Assembly (NCBI GenBank): GCA_900617105.1
Contig: UYFQ01000005.1
Span: 62,001-126,000, forward strand
DNA: 64,000 bases
Direction of reading: 5' to 3'
Origin: Hydrurus foetidus
Taxonomy: Eukaryota
The notes under the pieces are model-generated. The model was not told the DNA's origin. It did no database searches and saw only the letters and a list, made by a program, of their open reading frames with translations. The position numbers and the translations under genes were made by a program. This document shows, piece by piece, positions 1 to 10,204 of this stretch (position 1 is the first letter of the stretch; the number at the start of each line of letters is the position of its first letter).

Positions 1-2226
1 ATTGGCCTGCTCTGCCACGCGCTTAGCGGCTTCGGCCTGGGCCTGCGCTTGTTCGGCTTGCAGCGTGGCTTGCTCGGCCACCACGCGGGCACTTTGCAAG
101 GCGGCATCGGTGATGCGGTGGGCGTCAATTTCTTGCTGCAACACCACGGTTTGCTCATGCAGCAAATGGGTTTGGCGGTTGGATTCCTCTTGCGCCACTT
201 GGCGGCTTTTGTGCGCCAGCACCAGCCACCACGCGACGATGCCCGACACCAGCAGCAGCGCCAAATAGGCTTTGACCAACCCCGAGCGCAGCGCCGCCCC
301 CGATTGCTCGGCGCTGAGCGAACCCGAGATGTAGGCCGCGCTCAGTGCGTTTTCGGCCAGCGTGCGCAGCTCTTGGTGGTATAGCAGCCCCAGCACCGCC
401 GCCAGCACCGGCACGATGACCACCATCAGCAGCAAAAAGTGCCCCAGCCCGGTATCCAGGTACGGCCAAATGCGTTTGGGCAACAACCAGCGCAGCGCGG
501 CTGACCACTGGGCAGACAGGTTCGCATGGGGCTTGCACGCATCACCACAGCGGGCATCGAGCGTGCAGCACAGCGAGCAAATCGGGCCTTGGTAGGCGGG
601 GCAATGCGCCATGTCCGGGGTTTCGTACTCGCGCTCGCAGATCACGCAGCGGCGCAAACCCGCTGGGGGCCACAGGCGCTGGTAGCCGCCCCTATCGGCC
701 AAATCACCGCCCGGTGTACCGGCTTCGGGAGGGCGTGCGAGGTAGTAGCGGCCTTTCGTCGCCCAAGCGATCAATGGCGCCGTCACCAACGATGTGACCA
801 ACGCAATCACCGCCGAAAACGCCCGTGCGTCGTCTCCCCACAACCCCAAATGCGCGGTGATGGACAGCACCGATGCCAGCAACATCGCGCCCACGCCCAC
901 GGGGTTGATGTCGTACAAATAAGCGCGTTTGAACTCAATCCCCTTGGGCGACAAGCCCAGCGGTTTGTTGATGACCAAATCGGCCACCACCGCCATCATC
1001 CAGGCGATGGCGATGTTGGAATACAGCCCCAGCACGTCGCCCAGCGCCTCGAACACGTTCATTTCCATCAGCATGAAGGCGATCAGGGTGTTGAACACCA
1101 CCCACACCACGCGCCCAGGGTGGCTGTGCGTGAGGCGTGAGAAAAAATTGCTCCACGCCAGCGACCCGGCGTAAGCGTTGGTCACGTTGATTTTGAGCTG
1201 CGACACCACCACAAACAGCGCTGTCGCCGCCACCGCCCAGCCGTAGTCGTTGAACACAAACTCGTAGGCCACGAGGTACATCTGGTTCGGGTCAACCGCC
1301 CGATCCGTGGGGACGCTGTGGGTGATGGCGATGTAGGCCAACAGCGCACCGCCCAGCATTTTCAGCACGCCCAGTACCACCCAACCCGGCCCGCCCACCA
1401 GCACGCTGGCGTACCAGCGCCACTTGTTGGCAGGCGTTTGGGCGGGCATGAAACGCAGGTAATCGGCCTGCTCGCCCATTTGGGTGATGAGCGCGATGCC
1501 CACGGTGAGGGCTGCGCCGAACAGGTGCAGGTCAAACTGCCGACCCGCCCCCGTTTCGCCGCCGTACTGCATCAGCCCGGCGATGGCACCGGGGTCTTTG
1601 GCCAGCACGAACGCAAACGGCACCACCAGCATCACCAGCCACAGCGGCTGTGTCCAGGCTTGCAGACGGCTGATGGCCGACACACCGTGCGTGACCAGCG
1701 GTATCACCACCAGCGCACACACCAAATAGCCCCAGCGCGGCGGCACCCCCAGCGCCAGCTCCAGCGCATAGGCCATCACGGCGGCCTCCAGCGCAAAAAA
1801 GATAAAGGTGAACGAGGCATAGATCAGCGACGTAAGCGTCGAGCCGATGTAGCCAAAGCCCGCACCGCGCGTGAGCAAATCCATGTCCACGCCGTAGCGG
1901 GCGGCGTAAATGCTGATGGGCAAGCCCGCCATAAAGATGATGAGACCCGTCGCCACGATGGCCCAAAAGGCATTGACAAACCCGTACTGCACCAAGAGCG
2001 TGGCCCCCACGGCTTCCAGAATCAAAAACGAGGCGGCCCCAAAAGCCGTGTTCGTCACCCGAAAGGCCGTCCATTTGCGAAACCGCTGCGGGGTGTAGCG
2101 CAGCGCATAGTCCTCCAGCGTCTCACTGGCCACCCAAGCGTTGTAGTCACGCCGGATTTTGATGACGCGCTGCGGGGCTTGGCGAGGCAAAGTGGGCGCT
2201 TGATCGAACGAGGCTGAAGGTGGCAT
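1..2226 (-). CDS. Membrane sensor, probably a hybrid histidine kinase with an N-terminal nucleobase-permease-like multi-TM domain (3' end outside window)
   Basis: Read by hand from the ATG at 2226: MPPSASF...IKIRRDYNAWVASETLEDYALRY..., many TM segments, ending in a coiled coil (QQEIDAHRITDAALQ...AEQAN). Missing from the ORF track because its stop is off-window; the kinase domain itself is not visible. Confidence 0.7.
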   Translation of the reverse strand, partial: MPPSASFDQAPTLPRQAPQRVIKIRRDYNAWVASETLEDYALRYTPQRFRKWTAFRVTNTAFGAASFLILEAVGATLLVQYGFVNAFWAIVATGLIIFMAGLPISIYAARYGVDMDLLTRGAGFGYIGSTLTSLIYASFTFIFFALEAAVMAYALELALGVPPRWGYLVCALVVIPLVTHGVSAISRLQAWTQPLWLVMLVVPFAFVLAKDPGAIAGLMQYGGETGAGRQFDLHLFGAALTVGIALITQMGEQADYLRFMPAQTPANKWRWYASVLVGGPGWVVLGVLKMLGGALLAYIAITHSVPTDRAVDPNQMYLVAYEFVFNDYGWAVAATALFVVVSQLKINVTNAYAGSLAWSNFFSRLTHSHPGRVVWVVFNTLIAFMLMEMNVFEALGDVLGLYSNIAIAWMMAVVADLVINKPLGLSPKGIEFKRAYLYDINPVGVGAMLLASVLSITAHLGLWGDDARAFSAVIALVTSLVTAPLIAWATKGRYYLARPPEAGTPGGDLADRGGYQRLWPPAGLRRCVICEREYETPDMAHCPAYQGPICSLCCTLDARCGDACKPHANLSAQWSAALRWLLPKRIWPYLDTGLGHFLLLMVVIVPVLAAVLGLLYHQELRTLAENALSAAYISGSLSAEQSGAALRSGLVKAYLALLLVSGIVAWWLVLAHKSRQVAQEESNRQTHLLHEQTVVLQQEIDAHRITDAALQSARVVAEQATLQAEQAQAQAEAAKRVAEQAN

Positions 2227-2437
2227 GGAGAGGGTGACAGTCTGTCAGTGGGAGGTCAGTACGGTGTGGGTACTGTGCCACACGTTGACAAAAACGAAGC
2301 AGCTACAAATTAGATAGCAGCAAACGACTACAGGTGTTGCACACCAAGCCTTTATCTTTTAAATCAACCGTCACAGACTTCACAGATGCAGTCAAAAAAC
2401 GGCTTTTTTCTGTTCCAATATCCCCATATTCCACCTT

Positions 2438-2842
2438 ATGAACCACACATTCCCCCCGCTCAGCACTGCCGCAAACAGCGCACAAGCCCACTGGATCGCC
2501 TCGGTTGTGTTGTGCTTTCTGCTGTGCTGGTCGGTATTTCATGGGGTTCAGAGCGCATCGCACCACAGCACTACAGCAGCACAGTCGGTGGAATGTTTTG
2601 GTGCTTGCGGTTTGGATGCCGTGATGGACGCTGAAGTGCGCGTTGAGGCTGCAAACCACACCCAAACCTGCAGCCGCGACGAATACTGGCCTTGTGAAAC
2701 TGACGACAGCGACAGGGATTTGCTGCACAGTTGGAAACGCGCTCTCAGCGCTACCCCCCCGATACCCCGCCTTACCCCACTCGTGCCTGCACACGAGTTC
2801 GAGCACACGCCCCTGCGCAAACCACCACGGCACGAGGCTTAA
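2438..2842 (+). CDS. Small hypothetical protein upstream of the RND operon (CzcI-like position)
   Basis: Hydrophobic N-terminal segment, His/Cys/acidic middle, C-terminal LRKPPR; lies directly upstream of the czcC-like gene. Confidence 0.5.
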   Translation: MNHTFPPLSTAANSAQAHWIASVVLCFLLCWSVFHGVQSASHHSTTAAQSVECFGACGLDAVMDAEVRVEAANHTQTCSRDEYWPCETDDSDRDLLHSWKRALSATPPIPRLTPLVPAHEFEHTPLRKPPRHEA

Positions 2843-2962
2843 CGCCTGACGCACCCTGACGCATGGTTGCCGTGCGTCGCCTGGTCTTTTTCTTTTTTTC
2901 TCCGTCTTTCCCTTTTTTGAGTTTCCGACTCTGGTTGCCGCGCCTGCGGCACACGCACAGCC

Positions 2963-4300
2963 ATGACTTTTATGACCTCCATCCTCACACCTTGCGCCCT
3001 CACGCTCGCCCTGGCTTTCCATCCAGCGGCTGTGGCTCAAACCTCTGCCATTTCACCAATTGCTATTGAATCCATAGCTTCTAACGCTTATCCAGCCTTC
3101 ACCCTGGCCGATTTGATACGCATAGTGGTACACAACAACCCCGCCCTGCTGGCCAGCCAGCGCAGCCGCGAGGCCTCTGCTGCTGGCATCACCAGCGCTA
3201 ACGCATTGCTCAACCCCAAGCTGGAGCTTAACTCGGGCTCCAACCGCGCTCGCCTGCCCAGCGCCAACGGCGGTGCGGTATCGGGGTGGGCGGTGTCTCA
3301 GTTCATTGAAAACCCAGCCCTGCGCGAAGCCCGCATCAGCGGTGCACGCTTTAGCGAACGCAGCAGCGCCCACCAAGTGGCCGCCAACACCAACGAACTG
3401 GTGGCACAAGTGCGGCTCAAAGCTTTTGAATACCTGCTGCGCCAAGAAGAAGCCAAAGCCGCCGCTGAAGCCTTGACGCTGCTGGAGCAAATCCGTAACC
3501 GCGTGAAAGTGCGGGTCGAAAGCGGTGAAGCCGCACGCTACGAGATCATCAAGGCCGATGCCGAAATCATCAACGCCCGGCAAAAAGTGCAAACCGCTTA
3601 CCTGCAAATTGACCAGGTGGCACTGGGCATCAACCGCATGGCCGCCGGGGCCCTGCCTGTGCGTTGGACGCTGGCGGCCACCCTCGGTGCCACCATGGAC
3701 GATGTGCAAGAGGTGGCACCGCTAGAGGAAACCAAACTCTCGGCCAGCCAGCACAACCCCGAACTCAAAGCCCTGCAAGCCGAGCTGGACAAGCGCGATG
3801 CCGCTTTGAGCGAAACCCGGGCCGGCCGCTGGCCTGGCATCGAGCTGCGCTACAACCAACTGCGCGACCCCGAAGTGCGCCAAGGCATGCTCAGCGCGAG
3901 CGTGCAAATCCCCCTGCTAGACCAACGCCGTGGCCCGGTGGCACAAGCCAGTGCAGAGCTGGAACGCGCACGCACCCTGCTCGATGGCCGCCGTGCTGAA
4001 CTCACCCAGCAGGTGCTGCTGGCCTGGAAAGCGATGGAAATGGCCCGCGTGCGCGTCACCGCCCTCAGCACCGGGGCCGTGCGCGAAGCCGAAGCCGCCC
4101 TGCGCGTGGCCGAGGCCGCCTACCGTTTTGGTGAGCGCGGTATTTTGGACGTGCTGGACGCCCAGCGCCTGCTGCGCAGCGTGCGAGCCGATTTGCTCGA
4201 TGCCCGCTACCAGGTGCAGGCCGCGAACGTAGACCTGGACTATCTGGCAGGCCGCTACGCCGATGCCTACAGCCCCGCCGCTACCACGCTCCAGCCTTAA
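2963..4300 (+). CDS. TolC-family outer-membrane factor (CzcC-like)
   Basis: Signal peptide; OEP repeats (AYRFGERGILDVLDAQR); first gene of a C-B-A operon. Confidence 0.9.
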   Translation: MTFMTSILTPCALTLALAFHPAAVAQTSAISPIAIESIASNAYPAFTLADLIRIVVHNNPALLASQRSREASAAGITSANALLNPKLELNSGSNRARLPSANGGAVSGWAVSQFIENPALREARISGARFSERSSAHQVAANTNELVAQVRLKAFEYLLRQEEAKAAAEALTLLEQIRNRVKVRVESGEAARYEIIKADAEIINARQKVQTAYLQIDQVALGINRMAAGALPVRWTLAATLGATMDDVQEVAPLEETKLSASQHNPELKALQAELDKRDAALSETRAGRWPGIELRYNQLRDPEVRQGMLSASVQIPLLDQRRGPVAQASAELERARTLLDGRRAELTQQVLLAWKAMEMARVRVTALSTGAVREAEAALRVAEAAYRFGERGILDVLDAQRLLRSVRADLLDARYQVQAANVDLDYLAGRYADAYSPAATTLQP

Positions 4301-4367
4301 GCCCATTAAGCCCTTTCCGTCCTTCACGCCTTGCGCTTTAACCTTTATTCAGCTCTCAGAGAACACC

Positions 4368-5603
4368 ATGACAACCCGCGCCCTAAGCCAAACTCCCCTA
4401 GGCCCAACCCCCCAACGCCCCCGCACACCGCACCTGCTGCTGTCCACCCTGACCATAGCGCTGCTGCTGTCAGCCTGCGGAAAAAGCGACAAAGTCGCCA
4501 GCACTGACAAAAAGGCCAGCACAGCAGCCACGGCTACCGCCGCCAAAAAATCCGCCGCTGACCCGATGCTGGTAGAGATCAAACCCGAGATGGCGGCGAA
4601 CTTCAAAGTTGCCCCAGTCAACCCCGTCGCCTTGGCCGTGGTGCAAGAACTCTCAGGCCGCATCGACGCGAACGAGCGCCTCGTCACCCGCATCGGTGCT
4701 GCCGTCACAGGCCGCGTCACCGAGGTGCTGGCCGAGGTGGGCGACAGCGTGCGCACCGGCCAAACACTGGCCCGCATTGCCAGCCCCGAGCTGACCACCG
4801 CGCAACTCAACTTCCTGCGGGCCAACTCCGCCGCCTCGCTGGCTGAACGTGCCGTAGAACGCGCTCGCCAGTTGATTCAGGCGGACGTGATTGGCTTTGC
4901 TGAATTGCAACGGCGTGAAGCCGAGTTGTCCATTGCACGCGCCGAATCGCGTGCTGCTGCTGACCAGTTGCGCTTGATGGGTCTGCCACAAGATGCCATC
5001 ACCAAGCTGCGTGAGAACGGCAGTCTGCACCCTGTAGCCAGTGTCACCGCCACGCAATCGGGGGTGGTGACAGAACGCAAAGTCAGTCAGGGACAAGTGG
5101 CACAGCCGGGTGAGCAGATGTTCACCGTGGCCGATTTGTCCACCGTGTGGGTAGTGGGCGCACTGCCAGAGCAAGCAGCCCGCACCGTGCAACTGGGCCA
5201 GCGCATCGAGGTGGATGTGCCAGCATTGGCCGACCACCAGCTCACTGGCAAAGTAGTCTTCATCAGTGATACCGTGTCGCCCGAAACCCGCACCGTCACC
5301 ATCCGCACCCAGGTGGACAACACCAAACGCACGCTCAAGCCCCAAATGCTGGCCACGCTGCGCATTGCCGGACAAGCCAGCCAGCAGCTCGCCGTGCCCA
5401 TCAGCGCGGTGGTGCGTGAAAACGACAAAGACCATGTGTACGTGAAAGAAACCGACAACCGCTACCGCCTGACCTTGGTGGAATTGGGCCAAGCAAGCGA
5501 CGGCCTGCGCCCCGTCACCAAAGGCTTAACGGCGGGCACGCCCATCGTGATCGACGGTGCTTTTCACCTGAACAACGAGCGCAAACGCGCTGAGCTGGAG
5601 TAA
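4368..5603 (+). CDS. RND periplasmic adaptor (CzcB-like)
   Basis: Lipobox LLSAC, barrel-sandwich motifs (GRVTEVLAEVGDSV; VSPETRT); ATG at 4368. Confidence 0.9.
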   Translation: MTTRALSQTPLGPTPQRPRTPHLLLSTLTIALLLSACGKSDKVASTDKKASTAATATAAKKSAADPMLVEIKPEMAANFKVAPVNPVALAVVQELSGRIDANERLVTRIGAAVTGRVTEVLAEVGDSVRTGQTLARIASPELTTAQLNFLRANSAASLAERAVERARQLIQADVIGFAELQRREAELSIARAESRAAADQLRLMGLPQDAITKLRENGSLHPVASVTATQSGVVTERKVSQGQVAQPGEQMFTVADLSTVWVVGALPEQAARTVQLGQRIEVDVPALADHQLTGKVVFISDTVSPETRTVTIRTQVDNTKRTLKPQMLATLRIAGQASQQLAVPISAVVRENDKDHVYVKETDNRYRLTLVELGQASDGLRPVTKGLTAGTPIVIDGAFHLNNERKRAELE

Positions 5604-5606
5604 ACC

Positions 5607-8600
5607 GTGGTCTATTCACTCATTCGCGCTGCCCTCTCGCAGCGCTTGCTGGCCGTCGTGCTGGCTTTGGTGCTGTGCGGCTTTGGCCTGCGCGAGGCCA
5701 CCCGCCTGTCGGTCGATGCCTTCCCCGATGTGACCAATGTGCAGGTGCAAGTGGCCACCGAGTTCAGCGGGCGCAGCCCCGAAGAAATCGAGCGCTTCGT
5801 CACCGTGCCACTGGAAATCGCCATGACTGGCATGCCCGGCTTGGTGGAAATGCGCTCGCTCAACAAAAGCGGCCTCTCCATCATCACGCTGGTGTTTACC
5901 GACAAAACCGATGTCTATTTTGCGCGGCAACTCGTCACCGAGCGGCTGATTGAAGTCACGCCGCGCATGCCGCCGGGTGTGACCCCGGTACTGGGCCCGG
6001 TGTCTACGGGCCTGGGTGAGGTCTACCAGTACACGCTAGACCATCCGGACGACAAAAACCGCGCACTCACGCCTTCGGAGTTGACCGAGCGGCGCATCGT
6101 GCAAGACTGGGTGGTACGCCCCCTGCTGCGCTCGATTCCCGGCGTTGCCGAAATCAACTCGCAGGGCGGCTACGTCAAGCAGTACCAGGTCCTGACCAGC
6201 CCTGAGCGGCTGCGCCATTACGACCTCTCGGTGCAGCAGGTGGTGGCCGCCATTGGCAGCAACAACGCCAACGCGGGCGGCGGCATCTTGCCGCAAGTCA
6301 CTGAGCAGTTTTTGATACGCGGCGTGGGTTTGATCCGCACGATTGACGACATTGGCAACATCGTGGTCAAAGAGCAGGCTGGCGTGGCGGTGTTTGTGCG
6401 CGACTTGGCCGAAGTCAAAATTGGCCATGAGGTGCGCCAAGGTGCCATCGTCAAAGGCGGCTACACCGAAAGCGTGGCCGGCATTGTGCTGATGACGCGC
6501 GGGGGCAACGCCAAAGAAATTGTGACCCGCATCAAAAAACGGGTGGACGAGATCAACGCCAAAGGCATGCTGCCCAGCGGCCTGCAGATCGTGCCGTTTT
6601 ACGACCGCACCGAGTTGGTGGATTCGGCCCTGTGGACGGTAGCCCAGGTGCTGATGGAAGGCATCTTTTTGGTAGTGATCGTTCTGTTTGTCTTCTTGGG
6701 CGATGTGCGCTCCAGTTTGATCGTGGTGGCAACACTCATCATCACGCCGCTGACCACCTTCATCGTGATGAACCGCTACGGCATTTCAGCCAACCTGATG
6801 TCACTGGGGGGCTTAGCGATTGCCATCGGACTGATGGTGGACGCGACAGTGGTGGTGGTGGAAAACGTCTTCCACCGGCTGGGCGAAGCGGCTGAGGCGG
6901 ATGCTGCTTTAGCCGCCAGCGATGCGCGTAGCGGCACCCACCACACGCCAAGCTCGCGCGTGCGTGTCATCTTGCAAGCCACCAGCGAAGTCGCTACCCC
7001 CACCATTTTTGGCATCGCCATCATCATTTTGGTGTTTTTGCCACTGATGACTTTGCAGGGCATTGAGGGCAAGATGTTTGCGCCGCTGGCGTTCACCATC
7101 GCTATTTCGCTGGCGGTGTCGCTCTTGGTGTCGCTTTTTTTGTCGCCTGTGCTGTGCGCTTACATCCTCAAAGTCAAGCCTGGCGCGGGCCACGACACGG
7201 CCCTCATCGCGTTTTTGAAACGCCACTACCTGCGTTTGCTCGACACCGCTTTGCTGCGCCAGCGTGGCACCGTCGCGGTTGCGGTTGCTGTGTTGGCCGG
7301 TGCGCTGGCCTTGTTCCCACTGCTGGGAAAATCCTTCATGCCAACCATGAAAGAAGGCGCGTTGACACCGCAGATCAACCGCGTCCCCAGCATCTCGCTG
7401 GACGAGTCCATCCGCATGGAAATGGCTGCCATGAAGACGATTGCCGAGGTGCCGGGCGTGCGCATGGTGGTGTCCAAGCTGGGGCGAGGCGAATCCCCGG
7501 CTGACCCTGCCGGGCCGAACGAATCTGACCCCATCGTGCTGCTGGAAGCGGACGGCAAACGCACGCAAGAAGCCATTGACGAAGACATTCGCCAGCGCCT
7601 TTCCAGCATCCCCGGCGTGCAAATCGTGCTCTCGCAGCCGATTGCCGAACGGGTCGATGAGATGGTGACGGGTGTGCGCTCGCAGCTCGCCATCAAGGTA
7701 TTCGGTGACGATTTGAATGAACTCAAGCGCATCTCTGAGCAGGTGGCGCGGGTGCTGAAAAACGTCAACGGCTCGCGCGATATCCGCATCGAGCGCCTCT
7801 CGGGACAGCAGTCACTCACGATTGATGTCGACCGCAAGGCCATCGCCCGCCACGGCATCAACGTGGCCGATGTGCAGGCCATCATTGAGACGGCGATTGG
7901 GGGCAAGGATGTGACGGTGGTGTACGAGGGCGAGCGCCGCTTCAACGTGGCCGTGCGCTTCCCGGAAGGCGCACGCAACTCCATTGAAGATATCCGCAAC
8001 ACTCTGCTGCGCACCCCCGGCGGTGCCCTGGTGCCGCTCTACACCGTGGCCAAAATCGAGCTGCTGGACGGCCCCGCGCAGGTCAGCCGCGAAAGTGGCA
8101 AGCGCCGCGTGGTGGTGGGTGCCAACGTAGAAGGCCGCGATTTGGCCGGCTTTGTCACCGAGGTGCAAGCCTTGCTGGACGCGCAAGTCAAGCTGCCCGA
8201 GGGCTACTACTTTGTCTTCGGCGGCCAGTTCGAGAACATGCAGCGCGCGATGGGCACGCTGGCGGTGATCGTGCCGCTGACGATTGTGGCAATCTTCTTT
8301 TTGCTGTTCATGCTGTTCCGCTCGGTCAAACTGGCGTCGCTCATCATTTTGGTGCTGCCGTTTGCGTCGGTGGGCGGCATTGTGGGGCTGTTCGTCACCG
8401 GCGAATACCTGAGCGTGCCAGCCTCGGTGGGCTTTATCGCGCTGTGGGGCATTGCGGTATTGAACGGCGTGGTGCTGGTGAGCTGCATCCGCAAACTGCG
8501 CGAAGACGGCCTGAGCGTGGCCGATGCCGTGCGCGAAGGCTGCGTGATGCGCTTTCGCCCCGTGATGATGACCGCTACCGTGGCGCTCTTGGGTTTGGTG

Positions 8601-8750
8601 CCGTTTCTGCTGGCCACCGGCCCCGGCTCAGAAGTGCAAAAACCGCTGGCGATTGTGGTGATTGGCGGGCTGATCTCGTCCACGCTGCTGACGCTGGTGG
8701 TGCTGCCCACGCTGTACCGCTGGTTTGATGACAACCCGGTTGAGGCTTAA
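5607..8750 (+). CDS. CusA/CzcA-family heavy-metal RND transporter
   Basis: 1047 aa; DAFPDVTNVQVQV, ANLMSLGGLAIAIGLMVD, RFRPVMMTA. Confidence 0.95.
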   Translation: MVYSLIRAALSQRLLAVVLALVLCGFGLREATRLSVDAFPDVTNVQVQVATEFSGRSPEEIERFVTVPLEIAMTGMPGLVEMRSLNKSGLSIITLVFTDKTDVYFARQLVTERLIEVTPRMPPGVTPVLGPVSTGLGEVYQYTLDHPDDKNRALTPSELTERRIVQDWVVRPLLRSIPGVAEINSQGGYVKQYQVLTSPERLRHYDLSVQQVVAAIGSNNANAGGGILPQVTEQFLIRGVGLIRTIDDIGNIVVKEQAGVAVFVRDLAEVKIGHEVRQGAIVKGGYTESVAGIVLMTRGGNAKEIVTRIKKRVDEINAKGMLPSGLQIVPFYDRTELVDSALWTVAQVLMEGIFLVVIVLFVFLGDVRSSLIVVATLIITPLTTFIVMNRYGISANLMSLGGLAIAIGLMVDATVVVVENVFHRLGEAAEADAALAASDARSGTHHTPSSRVRVILQATSEVATPTIFGIAIIILVFLPLMTLQGIEGKMFAPLAFTIAISLAVSLLVSLFLSPVLCAYILKVKPGAGHDTALIAFLKRHYLRLLDTALLRQRGTVAVAVAVLAGALALFPLLGKSFMPTMKEGALTPQINRVPSISLDESIRMEMAAMKTIAEVPGVRMVVSKLGRGESPADPAGPNESDPIVLLEADGKRTQEAIDEDIRQRLSSIPGVQIVLSQPIAERVDEMVTGVRSQLAIKVFGDDLNELKRISEQVARVLKNVNGSRDIRIERLSGQQSLTIDVDRKAIARHGINVADVQAIIETAIGGKDVTVVYEGERRFNVAVRFPEGARNSIEDIRNTLLRTPGGALVPLYTVAKIELLDGPAQVSRESGKRRVVVGANVEGRDLAGFVTEVQALLDAQVKLPEGYYFVFGGQFENMQRAMGTLAVIVPLTIVAIFFLLFMLFRSVKLASLIILVLPFASVGGIVGLFVTGEYLSVPASVGFIALWGIAVLNGVVLVSCIRKLREDGLSVADAVREGCVMRFRPVMMTATVALLGLVPFLLATGPGSEVQKPLAIVVIGGLISSTLLTLVVLPTLYRWFDDNPVEA

Positions 8751-8803
8751 GTGCAGTCCCTTTTCTTCCTTTCCTTCTGCTTCATTCACTTTTAGAGACC
8801 GAC

Positions 8804-9139
8804 ATGAAAGAAATACGTGCCATCGTGCGCCCTCATCGCCTAGACAAACTGCGCGATGCCTTGCGGGCTGTGCCTAATTTCCCCGGTGTGACAGTCTTCA
8901 AAGCCGAGGGGTTCACCGCCCCTGCAGCGCTGCACAAGCGCACTGTGAAAGAAGAGCTGACCGATTTTTCCGACAAGCTGATGGTCTGCGTGCTGGCTGA
9001 CGACTCCATGGTGGACACCATCCGCAAAGTCATCGTAGAAAGCTGCTCAACAGGGCAACTGGGTGACGGCATCGTGTGGACGGTGGACATCGCGACAATT
9101 CACCGCATCCGCGACGGCAGCGCCATCACAGGCGTTTAA
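8804..9139 (+). CDS. P-II family regulator
   Basis: MKEIRAIVRP...STGQLGDGIVW...IHRIRDG, GlnB-like motifs. Confidence 0.85.
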   Translation: MKEIRAIVRPHRLDKLRDALRAVPNFPGVTVFKAEGFTAPAALHKRTVKEELTDFSDKLMVCVLADDSMVDTIRKVIVESCSTGQLGDGIVWTVDIATIHRIRDGSAITGV

Positions 9140-9147
9140 ACCTCCCT

Positions 9148-9180
9148 GGCGTCAATGCACACTCTTGGTGCATTGACGCC
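9148..9180. promoter_or_regulatory. Perfect 13-bp inverted repeat containing an NtrC-like box (TGCAC-N7-GTGCA)
   Basis: GGCGTCAATGCAC-actcttg-GTGCATTGACGCC, between the P-II gene and ureA. Confidence 0.5.
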
Positions 9181-9311
9181 CCCGCGCGCTCTGGACATCC
9201 CAATTTTTGAGGTTAAAACCCTTCATACGCTGTACGGGCAGGTTTTGTGCTTTAGGCTATGGTCTGCCATTTCGGCCACTGCTGTTTCAGCATCCACACC
9301 ACAAGCCCGCC

Positions 9312-9614
9312 ATGGAACTCACCCCCCGCGAAAAAGACAAGCTCTTGATCTTCACCGCTGCTTTGCTGGCCGAACGCCGCAAAGCTCGCGGCTTGAAGCT
9401 GAATTACCCCGAAGCGATGGCGTTCATCAGCGCCGCCGTGATGGAAGGTGCCCGCGACGGCAAGACCGTCGCCCAACTGATGAGCGAAGGCCGCACCTTC
9501 CTGACCCGTACCGATGTGATGGACGGCATCGCCGAGATGATCCCTGACATTCAGGTGGAAGCCACCTTCCCGGATGGCACCAAGTTGGTCACGGTGCATC
9601 AGCCCATTGTTTAA
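9312..9614 (+). CDS. ureA: Urease gamma subunit
   Basis: [11 protein letters not shown]...[17 protein letters not shown]. Confidence 0.98.
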   Translation: MELTPREKDKLLIFTAALLAERRKARGLKLNYPEAMAFISAAVMEGARDGKTVAQLMSEGRTFLTRTDVMDGIAEMIPDIQVEATFPDGTKLVTVHQPIV

Positions 9615-9633
9615 CCCTGACCATCAGTACCCC

Positions 9634-9810
9634 ATGAAAATTCCTAAATTCATAGCTACTCTCGCACTACTTGTAAGCGCTACCAGCACTTTTTCGCATG
9701 ATGGCCACGGTTTGAGTGGCTCGCACTGGCACCCCACCGATGTCTGGGGCTTTGTGGCGGTAGCCGCTGCGGTGGCGCTCGCCGTTTGGCTGTCTCGCAA
9801 CGGCAAATAA
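9634..9810 (+). CDS. Small His-rich membrane peptide (HupE/UreJ-like N-terminus)
   Basis: Signal-like segment, then HDGHG...HWHPTD, then one TM helix. Confidence 0.55.
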   Translation: MKIPKFIATLALLVSATSTFSHDGHGLSGSHWHPTDVWGFVAVAAAVALAVWLSRNGK

Positions 9811-9853
9811 CGCCTTATCGAACACTGAATCGAACCCTGAAGGACAAACCCCC

Positions 9854-10159
9854 ATGATTCCAGGCGAACTGCTGACCGACGAGGGCGAGCACGCCCTGAA
9901 CCCCAACCGCCGCACCGTGACCGTGGTGGTGCAAAACACCGCTGACCGCCCCATCCAGGTCGGTTCGCACTACCACTTTGCCGAAACCAACGGCGCACTG
10001 GCCTTCGAGCGCCTCAGCGCACGCGGCATGCGCTTGAACATCGCCAGCGGCACGGCAGTGCGTTTTGAGCCGGGCCAGCAACGCACCGTTGAGCTGGTGG
10101 ACTACGCCGGGGAACGCCGCGTGTACGGCTTTCGCGGGCTGGTGCAAGGCCGGGTTTAG
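9854..10159 (+). CDS. ureB: Urease beta subunit
   Basis: MIPGE...[12 protein letters not shown]...GTAVRFEPG. Confidence 0.98.
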   Translation: MIPGELLTDEGEHALNPNRRTVTVVVQNTADRPIQVGSHYHFAETNGALAFERLSARGMRLNIASGTAVRFEPGQQRTVELVDYAGERRVYGFRGLVQGRV

Positions 10160-10204
10160 CCGCATTGAACGACGTTGACGTTCTCATTCACAGAAAGCAA
10201 ACAC

